Source: Alphaproteobacteria bacterium
GTDB lineage: Bacteria; Pseudomonadota; Alphaproteobacteria; JAAXGF01
Length of the DNA: 64,000 bases
Direction: 5' to 3'
Assembly: GCA_963555825.3 (NCBI GenBank)
Contig: CAUVXB020000002.1
Coordinates: forward strand, 544,001 to 608,000
Numbering within the stretch: position 1 is the stretch's first letter; the number at the start of each line of letters is the position of its first letter. The notes under the pieces are model-generated. The model was given only the letters and a program-made list of their open reading frames with translations. It had not been told where the DNA came from and did not search any database. This document shows, in pieces, positions 1 to 13,248 of the stretch. Position numbers and translations under genes: made by a program.

Positions 1-719
1 CGGCATCACCAGGGTGACGTCGTCGCCGGTGTCCGGGCGCACGGCGGAGAAGATGTAGGCCCACTGGTAGCCGATTTGACGCGTCCCGGGGGCACGCTCG
101 CCCCTGCGCCACCACCGGTGACACACCCGGCCCTTGTTGCCGACGCGCGCTTCATCCTGAAACCACAGCTGTAGGCGCTTGTCGGGATGCGCCGCGGCGG
201 TCGCCTTCAGGATGTCGCGAAGCCCCCTTTTTTGAAGCGCTCCTGCGCTTCGGCGTCCCTTCGCGGGTGGCTCGGGCGCGCCTTCTGGCGGGAAAATCCC
301 ATCCGCCGTAGAACCCGGGTCATGCTCGAGGGGTGGTAGGTCTTGGCGAAGCGCTCCTCCAGCCAGCGGCACAGATCGGCCCGGGTCCAGGCGCAAACCC
401 CGTCGCGCTCAGGCTCCGGCCCGGCGATGATGACCGCCGCCAGCGCCGCTTCCTCGTCTGCCGTCAGCCGCCGCGGCGAGTAGCCCTTTGGACGGTCGTG
501 AAGCCCCTCCAATCCCTTTGCATTGTAACGAACAACCGCGTCGCGAAGCGTTTGGCGATCCATCCCCGCAAGCCGCGCGGCATCAGCCCGGGGCATCTCC
601 TCCAAAGCATTCGCGATCCCATAGGCCCGCGCCGCCGCTCGACCGTACGATTCCACGCGAGCCCAGCGCCGAAGCTCCAAAGGCGTCAAATCATCCCGTA
701 TCTTGAGTGCTGATCCCAT
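1..719 (-). CDS. IS630 transposase, orfA/orfB joined by a probable programmed -1 frameshift, partial
   Basis: orfA 207-719 ends FKKGG. A6G slippery motif on the minus strand at 227-233. Downstream frame reads LWFQDEARVGNKGR. Confidence 0.85.
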
Positions 720-816
720 GACATCCCCCACATCTGGTGGGAGACCATAGAATCACAATCCGCCATCATCCGCCATCAATGAATATCCCGAGAGTCAATT
801 CAGGCGCTCACTGGTA
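1..816 (-). mobile_element. IS630-family element, runs off the left edge
   Basis: HTH/winged-helix orfA followed by a frameshifted DDE orfB (WFQDEARVG). The outer end is followed by a TA dinucleotide at 817-818. Confidence 0.85.
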
Positions 817-889
817 TAAGGCTAGACTACTGCAACCAGCCGTCGGGAGGCAAGCCGAGGCGGCACGGCGGGGCGTCCGGCCGTCACGC

Positions 890-4492
<3,603 letters not shown>

Positions 4493-4692
4493 CCCGTCGC
4501 CCCCGCGTCGTTGTCTTGGCCGCGCCATCCGAGGCACGATGCGCTTAAGGATAGGGCCATCGAATCGGTCGGCCCACACCCGATTTCCGCATAGCCGCCA
4601 AACGGAATTGTAGGACGCCGAGGGATCGGGCTGGGCAGCGCCATGGCCGGCGCGCTAGGCCGTGTGGACCAACGAAGGATGAGGACACGTAC

Positions 4693-5535
4693 ATGATACT
4701 GATCACCGGGGTGACCGGCACGGTCGGCCGTGCGGTGCTCGAACAGGCGGCGGGCGTCCCAGCACGCGTGCTGATCCGCGATGCGGCCAAGGCCACCGCG
4801 TTCGAGGGCGTCGCCGAGGTCGCGGTCGGCGATTTCGCCGATCCGGCGTCGCTCGAGGCCGCGGTGGCCAACATCGACGCGGTCTTCATGGCGTCGTTCG
4901 ACGGCGCCGAACAGCTCGGCCCGCAGGGCAACCTGATCGCCGCGGCCAAGCACGCCGGCGTGCGCCACATGGTCAGGCTCTCGGCGGTGTCATCCGATGA
5001 GAACGCCGAGGCGGGGCTCGCCCTCTGGCACGGCATCGGCGACCGCCAGCTCGCCGGTTCGGGACTCGGCTATATCCTGCTGCGGCCCGGCCTGTTCGCC
5101 CAGAACCTGCTCGAATACGCGGCCAGCGGCACCATCGCGCTGCCCGCCGGCCAGACCCGCGTCTCGTTCATCGACGTCCGCGATATTGCCGCGGTGGCCG
5201 TCAAGGCGCTGACCGAGCCGGGCCACGAGGGCCGGACTTACGAACTGACCGGCGCCGCGCAGCTGACCTACGGCGACGTCGCAGATATCCTCTCGACAGC
5301 GACCGGCCGGCGCTGCACGTACCAAGACCTGAGCGACGACGAATACCACGCCGAGATTCTGCGCCAGGGCCGCGAGCCGTGGGACGCCGACATGGTCGTC
5401 GAGCACTACCGGCGAATTCGCGCGCAAGGCACGCGCAAGACGACCGATACGGTCGAACGCCTGCTCGGCCGTCCACCGATCAGCATCGAGACGTTCGCCC
5501 GCGACCACGCCGCGGCCTTTGCCGGTGAAGGCTGA
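4693..5535 (+). CDS. NmrA-like atypical SDR / NAD(P)H-binding oxidoreductase
   Basis: N-terminal ILITGVTGTVG, plus LRPGLFAQN and FIDVRDIA motifs; GAGGA RBS upstream. Confidence 0.9.
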   Translation: MILITGVTGTVGRAVLEQAAGVPARVLIRDAAKATAFEGVAEVAVGDFADPASLEAAVANIDAVFMASFDGAEQLGPQGNLIAAAKHAGVRHMVRLSAVSSDENAEAGLALWHGIGDRQLAGSGLGYILLRPGLFAQNLLEYAASGTIALPAGQTRVSFIDVRDIAAVAVKALTEPGHEGRTYELTGAAQLTYGDVADILSTATGRRCTYQDLSDDEYHAEILRQGREPWDADMVVEHYRRIRAQGTRKTTDTVERLLGRPPISIETFARDHAAAFAGEG

Positions 5536-5719
5536 GCGGCTGGCTTGATTCAATTAACTATTGCTCAGTAGCTAGTTATCCATTAGACTTAATGTTTCGT
5601 CGTAATGACGACTATAAGCTGCCGACACTACGCCGGGTATGGCGTCAACGAAGTAGGTGGCCCAGGGATGCTCGCCGGTTCGCTATGCGACGCGGCATGT
5701 ATTGAGCAGGTAGTCGTCC

Positions 5720-6883
5720 ATGTTGAAATCATATTCGTTGCGCGCGGCGACCGCCGCGGTGATGGCATTCTCCCTCGTGGCGTTCGGCGGAGCAGCCCTG
5801 TCGACCGACGCAACGGCGGCCAACGGCCTCGCCTGGATCAAGCACCGGGGCGTCAACCTGATAGCGCTCGAGCCGGTCGCCGGCGCGAGTTTCGACGTCG
5901 ATATCGTCGGCAAGTCCAGGGCGCTCGGCACGCTGCGCGCGGCACTCGATACGCTGCTCGACCGTTCGCCGCTCAACGCGGCGGCGATCGCCAAGCTCAA
6001 GCGCAAGGGCGGCGTCTTCATCGTCTACGACCCGGGCTACCCCAAGGAGCCGTCGCCCGACATCCTCGGCGCGCGGCTCGCCGAATTCCGCACCGACCTG
6101 TTCGACAACGCGGCCGAGTTGACTGACGGCATCGCCTTCGCCGTCGTCATCGGCCGCTATCTCGTCACATGGCCGAGCGACGAGGTCGCCGCGATGCTCG
6201 CCCAGGAGATCGTCGGCCACGGCATGCAGCAGCGCGAGGGGCGCTTCGAGACGATGAACCAGCGCGACGCCCGCTGCGAGGCGGGCCTCTACAAGGAGAA
6301 GGCGCACCAGGACTTCGGCCTCAACAAGCACGCCGCGCTGCGCGTCAAGTTCCGCCAGACCCTCGAATGGCACTGGTGCAGCGATTTCAAACGCTACATG
6401 AAAGCGCGCGCGCCGGAGCGCATGGCGCTGTGGAAGACGCTGCATCCCGACGTGCCCGCGCTGCTCGCCATTTTCGCCGACTACGTCGCCGAGGGTCCCG
6501 TCGCGCCGGTCGCGATGGCGCCCGTGCCCGAACCGAAGCCAGCGCCGGCCGTCGTAGCCGAGCCCGTGGCGCCGCCCGTCGCCGTCGCCCTGGCGCCAGT
6601 CCCTGAACCGGTAGCGCCGGCCGTCGTGATCGCGCCCACTCCGGCGGTCGTGGCCGCGCCGGCCGTCGAGTCACCGGTCACGGAAGATCATCTCATCTCG
6701 CTGTTCGATGAGCTGGCCGAATGGTTCGGCGGCCCGGACGACGCGGCCACCGAGGTCGCCGCCGCGGCGGCGCCCGGCACATCGGATGACGAGATCGCCG
6801 CGTGGTTCGTCGAGATCGCCGGACTCTTCGAGCCGGACGAGACCCCGGCGAATGCGCGAAACTTGCCGGTGTCGCCGCGCTAG
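5720..6883 (+). CDS. Hypothetical exported protein with Pro/Ala/Val-rich C-terminal linker
   Basis: Signal-peptide-like N-terminus, high-GC3 codon usage, QEIVGH zincin-like motif. Confidence 0.7.
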   Translation: MLKSYSLRAATAAVMAFSLVAFGGAALSTDATAANGLAWIKHRGVNLIALEPVAGASFDVDIVGKSRALGTLRAALDTLLDRSPLNAAAIAKLKRKGGVFIVYDPGYPKEPSPDILGARLAEFRTDLFDNAAELTDGIAFAVVIGRYLVTWPSDEVAAMLAQEIVGHGMQQREGRFETMNQRDARCEAGLYKEKAHQDFGLNKHAALRVKFRQTLEWHWCSDFKRYMKARAPERMALWKTLHPDVPALLAIFADYVAEGPVAPVAMAPVPEPKPAPAVVAEPVAPPVAVALAPVPEPVAPAVVIAPTPAVVAAPAVESPVTEDHLISLFDELAEWFGGPDDAATEVAAAAAPGTSDDEIAAWFVEIAGLFEPDETPANARNLPVSPR

Positions 6884-7155
6884 ACCGGAATTCTCACCAT
6901 GGACGGGTGCGGCACGGCGGATATCGGACGACAGGCTAGGAAAAGCGCGCGGCGCAATGCTTGCGCATCGGGCAAGCGCTTTGACGCGGTCCTGTCGTCC
7001 GAGATCCGCCGCCCTTAAGGGTCGCGCCGGGCGGGCCGCCCGCGGCGTCGAAGGCCTTGCGCGTAGCCCCGGCCACGCTCGGCGGCCTTCTCCTGGCGGC
7101 TCGGCGACCGCCCGACGCGATGACGCGCCTGTCCATAGTGAGAACTCCGGGCTAG
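6880..7155. mobile_element. MITE-like element with ~28-bp imperfect terminal inverted repeats ending in CTAG
   Basis: CTAGACCGGAATTCTCACCATGGACGGG at the left end versus the reverse complement of CCTGTCCATAGTGAGAACTCCGGGCTAG at the right end; no coding capacity. Confidence 0.7.
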
Positions 7156-7164
7156 ACCGGAACG

Positions 7165-7815
7165 CTACTCGCCGCGCGGCAGCACGCCGCGCAGGATGAC
7201 GCCGCTGACCGCGTCGTCGATGCGCTCGAAGTCCTTCTTCTGGAGCGTCTTGCGGCCCCACACGGCGCGCACCTGAACCGCGAAGTCGGCATAGTGCTGG
7301 GTCGTCGCCCAGATCATGAAGATCAAGTGGATCGGGTCGACCGGCGCCAGCCGGCCCTCGGCGATCCACTGCTCGACGACCGCGACCTTGCGCTCGACGA
7401 GCTGGCGCAGATCGCCGCGCAGATGGTCCATCAGCACCGGCGCGCCGCGCAGCATCTCGCTGGCGAAGACACGCGACGCCTCGGGGTCCTGGCGCGACGC
7501 CTCGATCTTGCGCGCGATATAGCGGCGCAGCTCGGTCTCGGGATCGTTCGCCGCATCGAGCTCGCGCAACGGCTCGAGCCAGAATTCAAGCGTCTGCTCG
7601 AGGACCGCGCGGTAAAGCGCCTTCTTGTTCTTGAAATAATACAAGAGGTTGGGCTTCGACATCTCGGCGCGCTGCGCGATCTCGTCGACCGTGGCGCCAC
7701 GGAAGCCGTGCTCGGCGAAGACCCGCTTGGCGGCGTCCAGGATGCGCGCCTCGTTGATCGTCTGGATGCGGGTTTTGCCGTTGGCTGCCTTGCTCTGACG
7801 TCCTACAGTCGCCAT
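7165..7815 (-). CDS. rutR: TetR-family pyrimidine utilisation regulator RutR/PydR
   Basis: TetR HTH (SKPNLLYYF), RutR-type C-terminus (IWATTQHYADF), divergent from pyrimidine catabolic genes, RutR boxes upstream. Confidence 0.88.
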   Translation of the reverse strand: MATVGRQSKAANGKTRIQTINEARILDAAKRVFAEHGFRGATVDEIAQRAEMSKPNLLYYFKNKKALYRAVLEQTLEFWLEPLRELDAANDPETELRRYIARKIEASRQDPEASRVFASEMLRGAPVLMDHLRGDLRQLVERKVAVVEQWIAEGRLAPVDPIHLIFMIWATTQHYADFAVQVRAVWGRKTLQKKDFERIDDAVSGVILRGVLPRGE

Positions 7816-7851
7816 ACCATCCCCGAGCCGTCCCAATGTCTGGGAATATTA

Positions 7852-7867
7852 TTGACCAAATGGTCAA
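7852..7867. promoter_or_regulatory. RutR box 1
   Basis: TTGACCAAATGGTCAA, a perfect match to TTGACCAnnTGGTCAA. Confidence 0.9.
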
Positions 7868-7884
7868 CGCTCAATAGCATGTTC

Positions 7885-7900
7885 TTGACCAATTGGACAA
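7885..7900. promoter_or_regulatory. RutR box 2
   Basis: TTGACCAATTGGACAA, one mismatch to the consensus. Confidence 0.8.
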
Positions 7901-7958
7901 GAATTCGGAACGTCGCGACGATCGTCGAAACGGGGATGCGCGGCGTGGGAGGGACACG

Positions 7959-8822
7959 ATGACCAAGCTGAAATGCGGTTTGATCCAGATGGCGCTGAAG
8001 GGCGACACCGAGATGGCGCCCGAGGCGATCCGCGACGCCATGCTCGAGGCGCATTTTCCGCTGATCGACGAGGCCGGCGAGGCGGGCGTCCAGGTGCTCT
8101 GTTTCCAGGAGGTCTTCACCCAGCCCTACTTCTGCCCGAGCCAGGACGCCAAGTGGTACGCCGCGGCCGAGACAATCCCCGACGGCCACACGACGCGGCT
8201 GATGCAGGACTACGCCAAGAAGCACAACATGGTCATCGTCGTGCCGATCTACGAAGAGGAGATGACCGGCGTCTACTTCAACACCGCCGCGGTGATCGAC
8301 GCCGACGGCAGCTATCTGGGCAAGTACCGCAAGAGCCACATCCCCCACGTCGGCGGCTTCTGGGAGAAGTTCTTCTTCAAGCCCGGCAACTCCGACTGGC
8401 CGGTCTTCGAGACCGCCTACTGCAAGCTCGGCGTCTACATCTGCTACGACCGGCATTTCCCCGAGGGCTGGCGCGCGCTGGCGCTGGGCGGCGCCGAGTA
8501 CATCGTCAACCCGTCGGCGACCGTCGCCGGCCTCTCGCAGTATCTCTGGGAGCTCGAACAGCCCGCCTCGGCGGCGGCCAACGGCGTGTTCATCGGCGCC
8601 ATCAACCGTGTCGGCACAGAGGCGCCGTGGAACATCGGCGAGTTCTACGGGTCGAGCTACGTCGTCAATCCGCGCGGCGAGATCGTCGCCCAGGCGAGCG
8701 CCGACTCCGACGAGCTGCTGATCCACGAAATCGACCTCGATATGGTCAGGGAAATCCGCAACAATTGGCAATTCTTCCGCGATCGGCGGCCCGAGCTGTA
8801 CGATATGCTGATCGAGCTATAG
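7959..8822 (+). CDS. Nitrilase-superfamily beta-ureidopropionase (N-carbamoyl-beta-alanine amidohydrolase)
   Basis: E-K-C triad motifs FQEVF, KYRKSHIP and ICYDRHFPE; operon context. Confidence 0.88.
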   Translation: MTKLKCGLIQMALKGDTEMAPEAIRDAMLEAHFPLIDEAGEAGVQVLCFQEVFTQPYFCPSQDAKWYAAAETIPDGHTTRLMQDYAKKHNMVIVVPIYEEEMTGVYFNTAAVIDADGSYLGKYRKSHIPHVGGFWEKFFFKPGNSDWPVFETAYCKLGVYICYDRHFPEGWRALALGGAEYIVNPSATVAGLSQYLWELEQPASAAANGVFIGAINRVGTEAPWNIGEFYGSSYVVNPRGEIVAQASADSDELLIHEIDLDMVREIRNNWQFFRDRRPELYDMLIEL

Positions 8823-9011
8823 TGGATAGAATCCAACATATGGTGCCCATACGATCCCATATCCCGGTTTCTCGGCAGGCGAGCACCCGCGGGCGATGCC
8901 GAAGCATCGGCAAGGGTGTTCGACGCCCCGAGAAGCCGGGATATGGGACCCGAAGGACGGCGTCCCAAGGCCGCCGTCGTATGGCTGCCCTATGTTGGGT
9001 TCTATCCACTA
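8820..9011. mobile_element. 192-bp MITE with TA ends and nested hairpins
   Basis: TAGTGGATAGAATCCAACATA ... TATGTTGGGTTCTATCCACTA terminal IR with one mismatch; inner stems CCCATATCCCGG/CCGGGATATGGG. Confidence 0.8.
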
Positions 9012-9043
9012 GGCAATCCGGCCGCGTCAGGGAGGCGTGACAC

Positions 9044-10288
9044 ATGGCAGACAGAAATTTGCGCATCGACGGTCAGCGGCTGTGGGAGAGCCTGATGGAA
9101 ATGGCCAAGATCGGCGCCACCGAGAAGGGCGGCGTGTGTCGCCTGGCGCTGACCGACCTCGACAAGGAGAGCCGCGACCTGTTCATCGAATGGTGCGAGG
9201 CAGTCGGCTGCTCGATCAAGGTCGACAAGATGGGCAACATCTTCGCCCGCCGTCCGGGCCGCGACAACGAGCTCGCACCGGTCATCACCGGCAGCCACCT
9301 CGACAGCCAGCCGACCGGCGGCCGTTTCGACGGCGTCTATGGCGTGCTTTCCGGGCTCGAGGTGCTGCGCACGCTGAACGACCTGGGCTACGAGACCGAG
9401 CGCCCGGTCGAGGTCGCGGTGTGGACCAACGAGGAAGGCTCGCGCTTCGCGCCGGCGATGGTCGCCTCGGGCGTGTTCGGCGGCGTCTTCGACCTCGAGT
9501 ACGGCCTGTCGCGCCCCGATCAGGACGGCAAGACGATGGGCGAGGAACTCGAACGCATCGGCTATGCGGGATCGGAAGAGGTCGGCGGCCGCGACGTGCA
9601 CGCCTATTTCGAGGCGCATATTGAGCAGGGGCCGATCCTCGAGGACCAAGACATCACGATCGGCGTGGTGACCGACGCCCAGGGCCAGCGCTGGTACGAG
9701 GCGACGCTGACCGGCGTCGAGAGCCACGCCGGGCCGACGCCGATGCCGGTGCGCAAGGACGCGCTGTTGGGCGCCGCGCGCATCGTCGATCTGGTCAACC
9801 GCATCGGCCTCGACAACGCGCCGGTCGCCTGTGCGACGGTCGGCATGATGAACGTCTATCCCAATTCGCGGAACGTCATTCCCGGTCAGGTCTTCATGAC
9901 CATCGACTTCCGCCACCCCGACGACGCCGTGCTGGCCGGCATGGACGCCGCGTTGCGCGAGGGCGTCCGGGCGATCGTCGACGGCATCGGGCTCGAGCTC
10001 GAGATCGAGCAGATTTTCTACTACGCGCCGATCCACTTCGACGACGACTGCATCGGCGCGGTGCGCGAGGGCGCCGCCAACTGCGATTATTCGATGCGCG
10101 AGATGGTTTCCGGCGCCGGCCACGACGCCTGCTACGTCTCCAAGGTCGCGCCGACCTCGATGATCTTCATTCCCTGCGTCGACGGCATCAGCCACAACGA
10201 GGTCGAGGACGCCAAGCCCGAGTGGGTAACGGCGGGCTGCGACGTGCTGTTGCACGCCATCCTCGACAAGGCGGGCCAGGCCGGTTGA
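9044..10288 (+). CDS. pydC: Zn-dependent N-carbamoyl-amino acid amidohydrolase (M20/HyuC-PydC family)
   Basis: GSHLDSQPTGGRFDG, NEEGSRF, EAHIEQGP, SGAGHDA and GISHNE motifs. Confidence 0.88.
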   Translation: MADRNLRIDGQRLWESLMEMAKIGATEKGGVCRLALTDLDKESRDLFIEWCEAVGCSIKVDKMGNIFARRPGRDNELAPVITGSHLDSQPTGGRFDGVYGVLSGLEVLRTLNDLGYETERPVEVAVWTNEEGSRFAPAMVASGVFGGVFDLEYGLSRPDQDGKTMGEELERIGYAGSEEVGGRDVHAYFEAHIEQGPILEDQDITIGVVTDAQGQRWYEATLTGVESHAGPTPMPVRKDALLGAARIVDLVNRIGLDNAPVACATVGMMNVYPNSRNVIPGQVFMTIDFRHPDDAVLAGMDAALREGVRAIVDGIGLELEIEQIFYYAPIHFDDDCIGAVREGAANCDYSMREMVSGAGHDACYVSKVAPTSMIFIPCVDGISHNEVEDAKPEWVTAGCDVLLHAILDKAGQAG

Positions 10289-10316
10289 CGCGGTGGACGG
10301 CGACGGGACTCAGGCC

Positions 10317-11147
10317 ATGACCGAGGCGGCGCACGGCGGACCCGCCCAGAAGGGCGCGGCCGACGAACGACGCATCGTCGTCGACATCGCCGGCCTCGGC
10401 CTGACGTTTGAGACCGCCGATGCGCCGGTCTACGCGCTCGCCGACGTCGACCTCCAAATCCGCCACGGCGATTTCGTCTCGCTGATCGGGCCGTCGGGCT
10501 GCGGCAAGACGACGCTGCTGCGCGTCGTCGCCGACCTCGAGCAGCCGACCGAGGGCGCCATCACGGTCAACGGCACCTCGCCCGACGAAGCGCGGCTGGC
10601 GCGCGCCTACGGCTACGTCTTCCAGGCCCCGGCGCTCTATCCCTGGCGCAGCGTGTTGCGCAACGTCACCCTGCCGCTCGAGATTATGGGCCTGAGCGCG
10701 GCCGAGCGGAAGCAGCGCGCCCAGCGTCAGTTGGAGCTGGTCAACCTCACCGGCTTCGAGGGCAAGTTCCCCTGGCAGCTTTCCGGCGGCATGCAGCAGC
10801 GCGTCTCGATCGCCCGCGCGCTGTCGTTCGAGCCCGAGCTTCTGTTGATGGACGAGCCGTTCGGCGCCTTGGACGAGATCACCCGCGACCATCTCAACGA
10901 ACAGCTCCTCAGGCTCTGGGAGAAGACCAAGAAGACGGTCATCTTCGTCACCCATTCGATCCCCGAGGCGGCGTTCCTGTCGAGCCGCATCGTCGTCATG
11001 TCGCCCAGGCCCGGACGCGTCATCGACGTCATCGATTGCGACCTGCCCGCCGACCGCACTCTCGACATCCGCGAGACACCCGAGTTCCTCGACATCGCGC
11101 ACCGGGTGCGCGAGGGCCTGCGCGCCGGCCACGGTTATGGCGACTGA
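10317..11147 (+). CDS. NitT/TauT-family ABC transporter ATP-binding protein
   Basis: GPSGCGKT, LSGGMQQR and LMDEPFGALD motifs. Confidence 0.92.
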   Translation: MTEAAHGGPAQKGAADERRIVVDIAGLGLTFETADAPVYALADVDLQIRHGDFVSLIGPSGCGKTTLLRVVADLEQPTEGAITVNGTSPDEARLARAYGYVFQAPALYPWRSVLRNVTLPLEIMGLSAAERKQRAQRQLELVNLTGFEGKFPWQLSGGMQQRVSIARALSFEPELLLMDEPFGALDEITRDHLNEQLLRLWEKTKKTVIFVTHSIPEAAFLSSRIVVMSPRPGRVIDVIDCDLPADRTLDIRETPEFLDIAHRVREGLRAGHGYGD

Positions 11148-12067
11148 CGCCGCCGTGATCGCCGGTGCGGCGGGCGGGGCCGGCCTCTGGCAGCGCGTCC
11201 GCGAGGGCAGGACCGGGCCGGTGTTGGTCATCGTCGCGGCGATCGTCATCGCCTGGTACGCCGGCGCGGTCTATCTCAACACGCCCTGGCAGATCGAGGT
11301 CTTCGAGCGCGCCAAGCAGGACTGGACCGCCCGGGACCTGATCGCCGAGACCTGGGCGCAGGAGCGCCCCGTGTTGCCGGCGCCGCATCAGGTGTTCGTC
11401 GATCTCTACAAGTCGACGATCGGCACGCCGCTGACGTCGAAGCGCATCCTGCTGTTCCACGCCTGGGTGACGGCGTCGTCGACGCTGCTGGGCTTCGCCA
11501 TGGGCACGCTGCTCGGCATCGTGCTGGCGGTCGGCATCGTCCACGTGCGCACGCTCGAACGCTCGCTCCTGCCCTGGATCATCACCTCGCAGACCATCCC
11601 AATCCTGGCGGTCGCGCCGATGATCATCGTCGTCTTGGGTGCGATCGGCCTCAAGGGTCTGATCCCCAAGGCGATCATCTCGACTTAATCTGTGCTTCTT
11701 TCCGGTGGTCATCGGCATGGTCAAGGGGCTGCGCGCGCCCGATGTCCTGCAGCGCGACCTGATGCGCACCTATTCGGCGTCGCGCTGGCAGGTCTTCTGG
11801 AAGCTGCGCGTGCCGTCGTCGGTGCCGTTCCTGTTCACCAGCCTCAAGATCGCCGCGGCGATCAGCCTGGTCGGCGCGATCGTCGGCGAGCTGCCGACCG
11901 GCGCGCAGGCGGGCATCGGCGCGCGGCTGTTGGTCGGTTCGTATTATGGCCAGACCGTGCAGATCTGGTCGGCGCTGATCATGGGATCGCTGATGGCCGG
12001 ATTGTTCGTCACCCTGGTCGCTTTGGTCGAGCGTATCGTCGTCGGCCGCATGGGGTTCAGATCGTGA
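11137..12067 (+). pseudogene. ABC transporter permease 1, split by a 1-bp insertion at ~11687
   Basis: ...IIST-stop, then YLCFFPVVIGMVKGL continues in another frame (ACTTAATCTG versus expected ACTTATCTG). May be a sequencing error. Confidence 0.8.
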
Positions 12068-13197
12068 GCCGGCGCTGGAACATTTCGGCACTGGCGGCGC
12101 TGGCGGCGGCCGTGCTTGCGGCGGTAGTGCCTATCGCGACGCCAGGCACGCCGGCGATCGGCTTTTTCGGCGAGCCGGTCATGACGGTCGCCTGGCTGGC
12201 GGCGCTCGCCGTGGCGGCCTGGGTGCTGTGGCGACCCTCGACAACCGTCATCGCCGGCCTTGTCCTCTTGTGCGTCGTCCTGCTCGGCGGCCTCGCGACG
12301 CTGGCCGCGATTGTGCCGGGCGGCGCCAAGGGGTTTGGCGCCCTCGGTTTCTGGTGCTTCATCGTGGCGCTCGCCTTCCTGGTCTGGCGCGGCATGGCCG
12401 TGATGTCCGACTGCGCGGTCGAGAGCGCCGCCTTGCAGCGCTGCCTGAACGTCGTCGTGCCGGCCGCCTTCGGCTTCTGGATCCTTTATCTCTGGGAGAT
12501 CGTCGTCGTTGGCTTCGGCATCTCGCCGATCCTGCTGCCGGCGCCATCGGCGATCGGCGTATCGATCGCCCAGAACCTCGACGTGCTGGCGGCCGACTTC
12601 TACCAGACCTTCGCCAAGGCGGTGCTGTCGGGCTACGTCATGGGCTGCGGCGCGGGCTTCCTGGTCGGCGTGTTGGTCGACCGCGTGCCCTTCCTGCAGC
12701 GCGGTCTCCTGCCGCTCGGCAATCTGATCAGCGCGCTACCGATCGTCGGCGTCGCGCCGATCATGGTCATGTGGTTCGGTTTCGACTGGCAGTCGAAGGC
12801 CGCGGTCGTCGTCATCATGACCTTCTTTCCGATGCTGGTGAACACCATCGCGGGTCTCGCCGCCGCCGGCCGCATGGAGCGCGACCTGATGCGCTCCTAC
12901 GGCGCGAGCTATCTGGAAACCCTGATCAAGCTGCGCCTGCCGATCGGCTTGCCCTTCGTCTTCAACGCGTTGAAGATCAACTCGACGCTGGCGCTGATCG
13001 GTGCCATCGTTGCCGAGTTCTTCGGCACGCCGATCGTCGGCATGGGCTTTCGCATTTCGACCGAGGTAGGGCGCATGAATTTGGACATGGTCTGGGCGAC
13101 GATTGCGGTGGCGGCGCTCGCCGGATCGCTGTTCTACGGTGCGGTTGCGCTGCTCGAGCGGACCCTGACCTTCTGGCATCCATCGTTCCGGCGCTAA
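12064..13197 (+). CDS. ABC transporter permease 2
   Basis: GTG start overlapping the upstream TGA; multiple TM segments; GAIVAEFFG motif. Confidence 0.88.
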   Translation: MSRRWNISALAALAAAVLAAVVPIATPGTPAIGFFGEPVMTVAWLAALAVAAWVLWRPSTTVIAGLVLLCVVLLGGLATLAAIVPGGAKGFGALGFWCFIVALAFLVWRGMAVMSDCAVESAALQRCLNVVVPAAFGFWILYLWEIVVVGFGISPILLPAPSAIGVSIAQNLDVLAADFYQTFAKAVLSGYVMGCGAGFLVGVLVDRVPFLQRGLLPLGNLISALPIVGVAPIMVMWFGFDWQSKAAVVVIMTFFPMLVNTIAGLAAAGRMERDLMRSYGASYLETLIKLRLPIGLPFVFNALKINSTLALIGAIVAEFFGTPIVGMGFRISTEVGRMNLDMVWATIAVAALAGSLFYGAVALLERTLTFWHPSFRR

Positions 13198-13248
13198 CAG
13201 CCGGGCGGAGACAACACGAGAAAACCATTACTCAAGGGAGACAAACCG

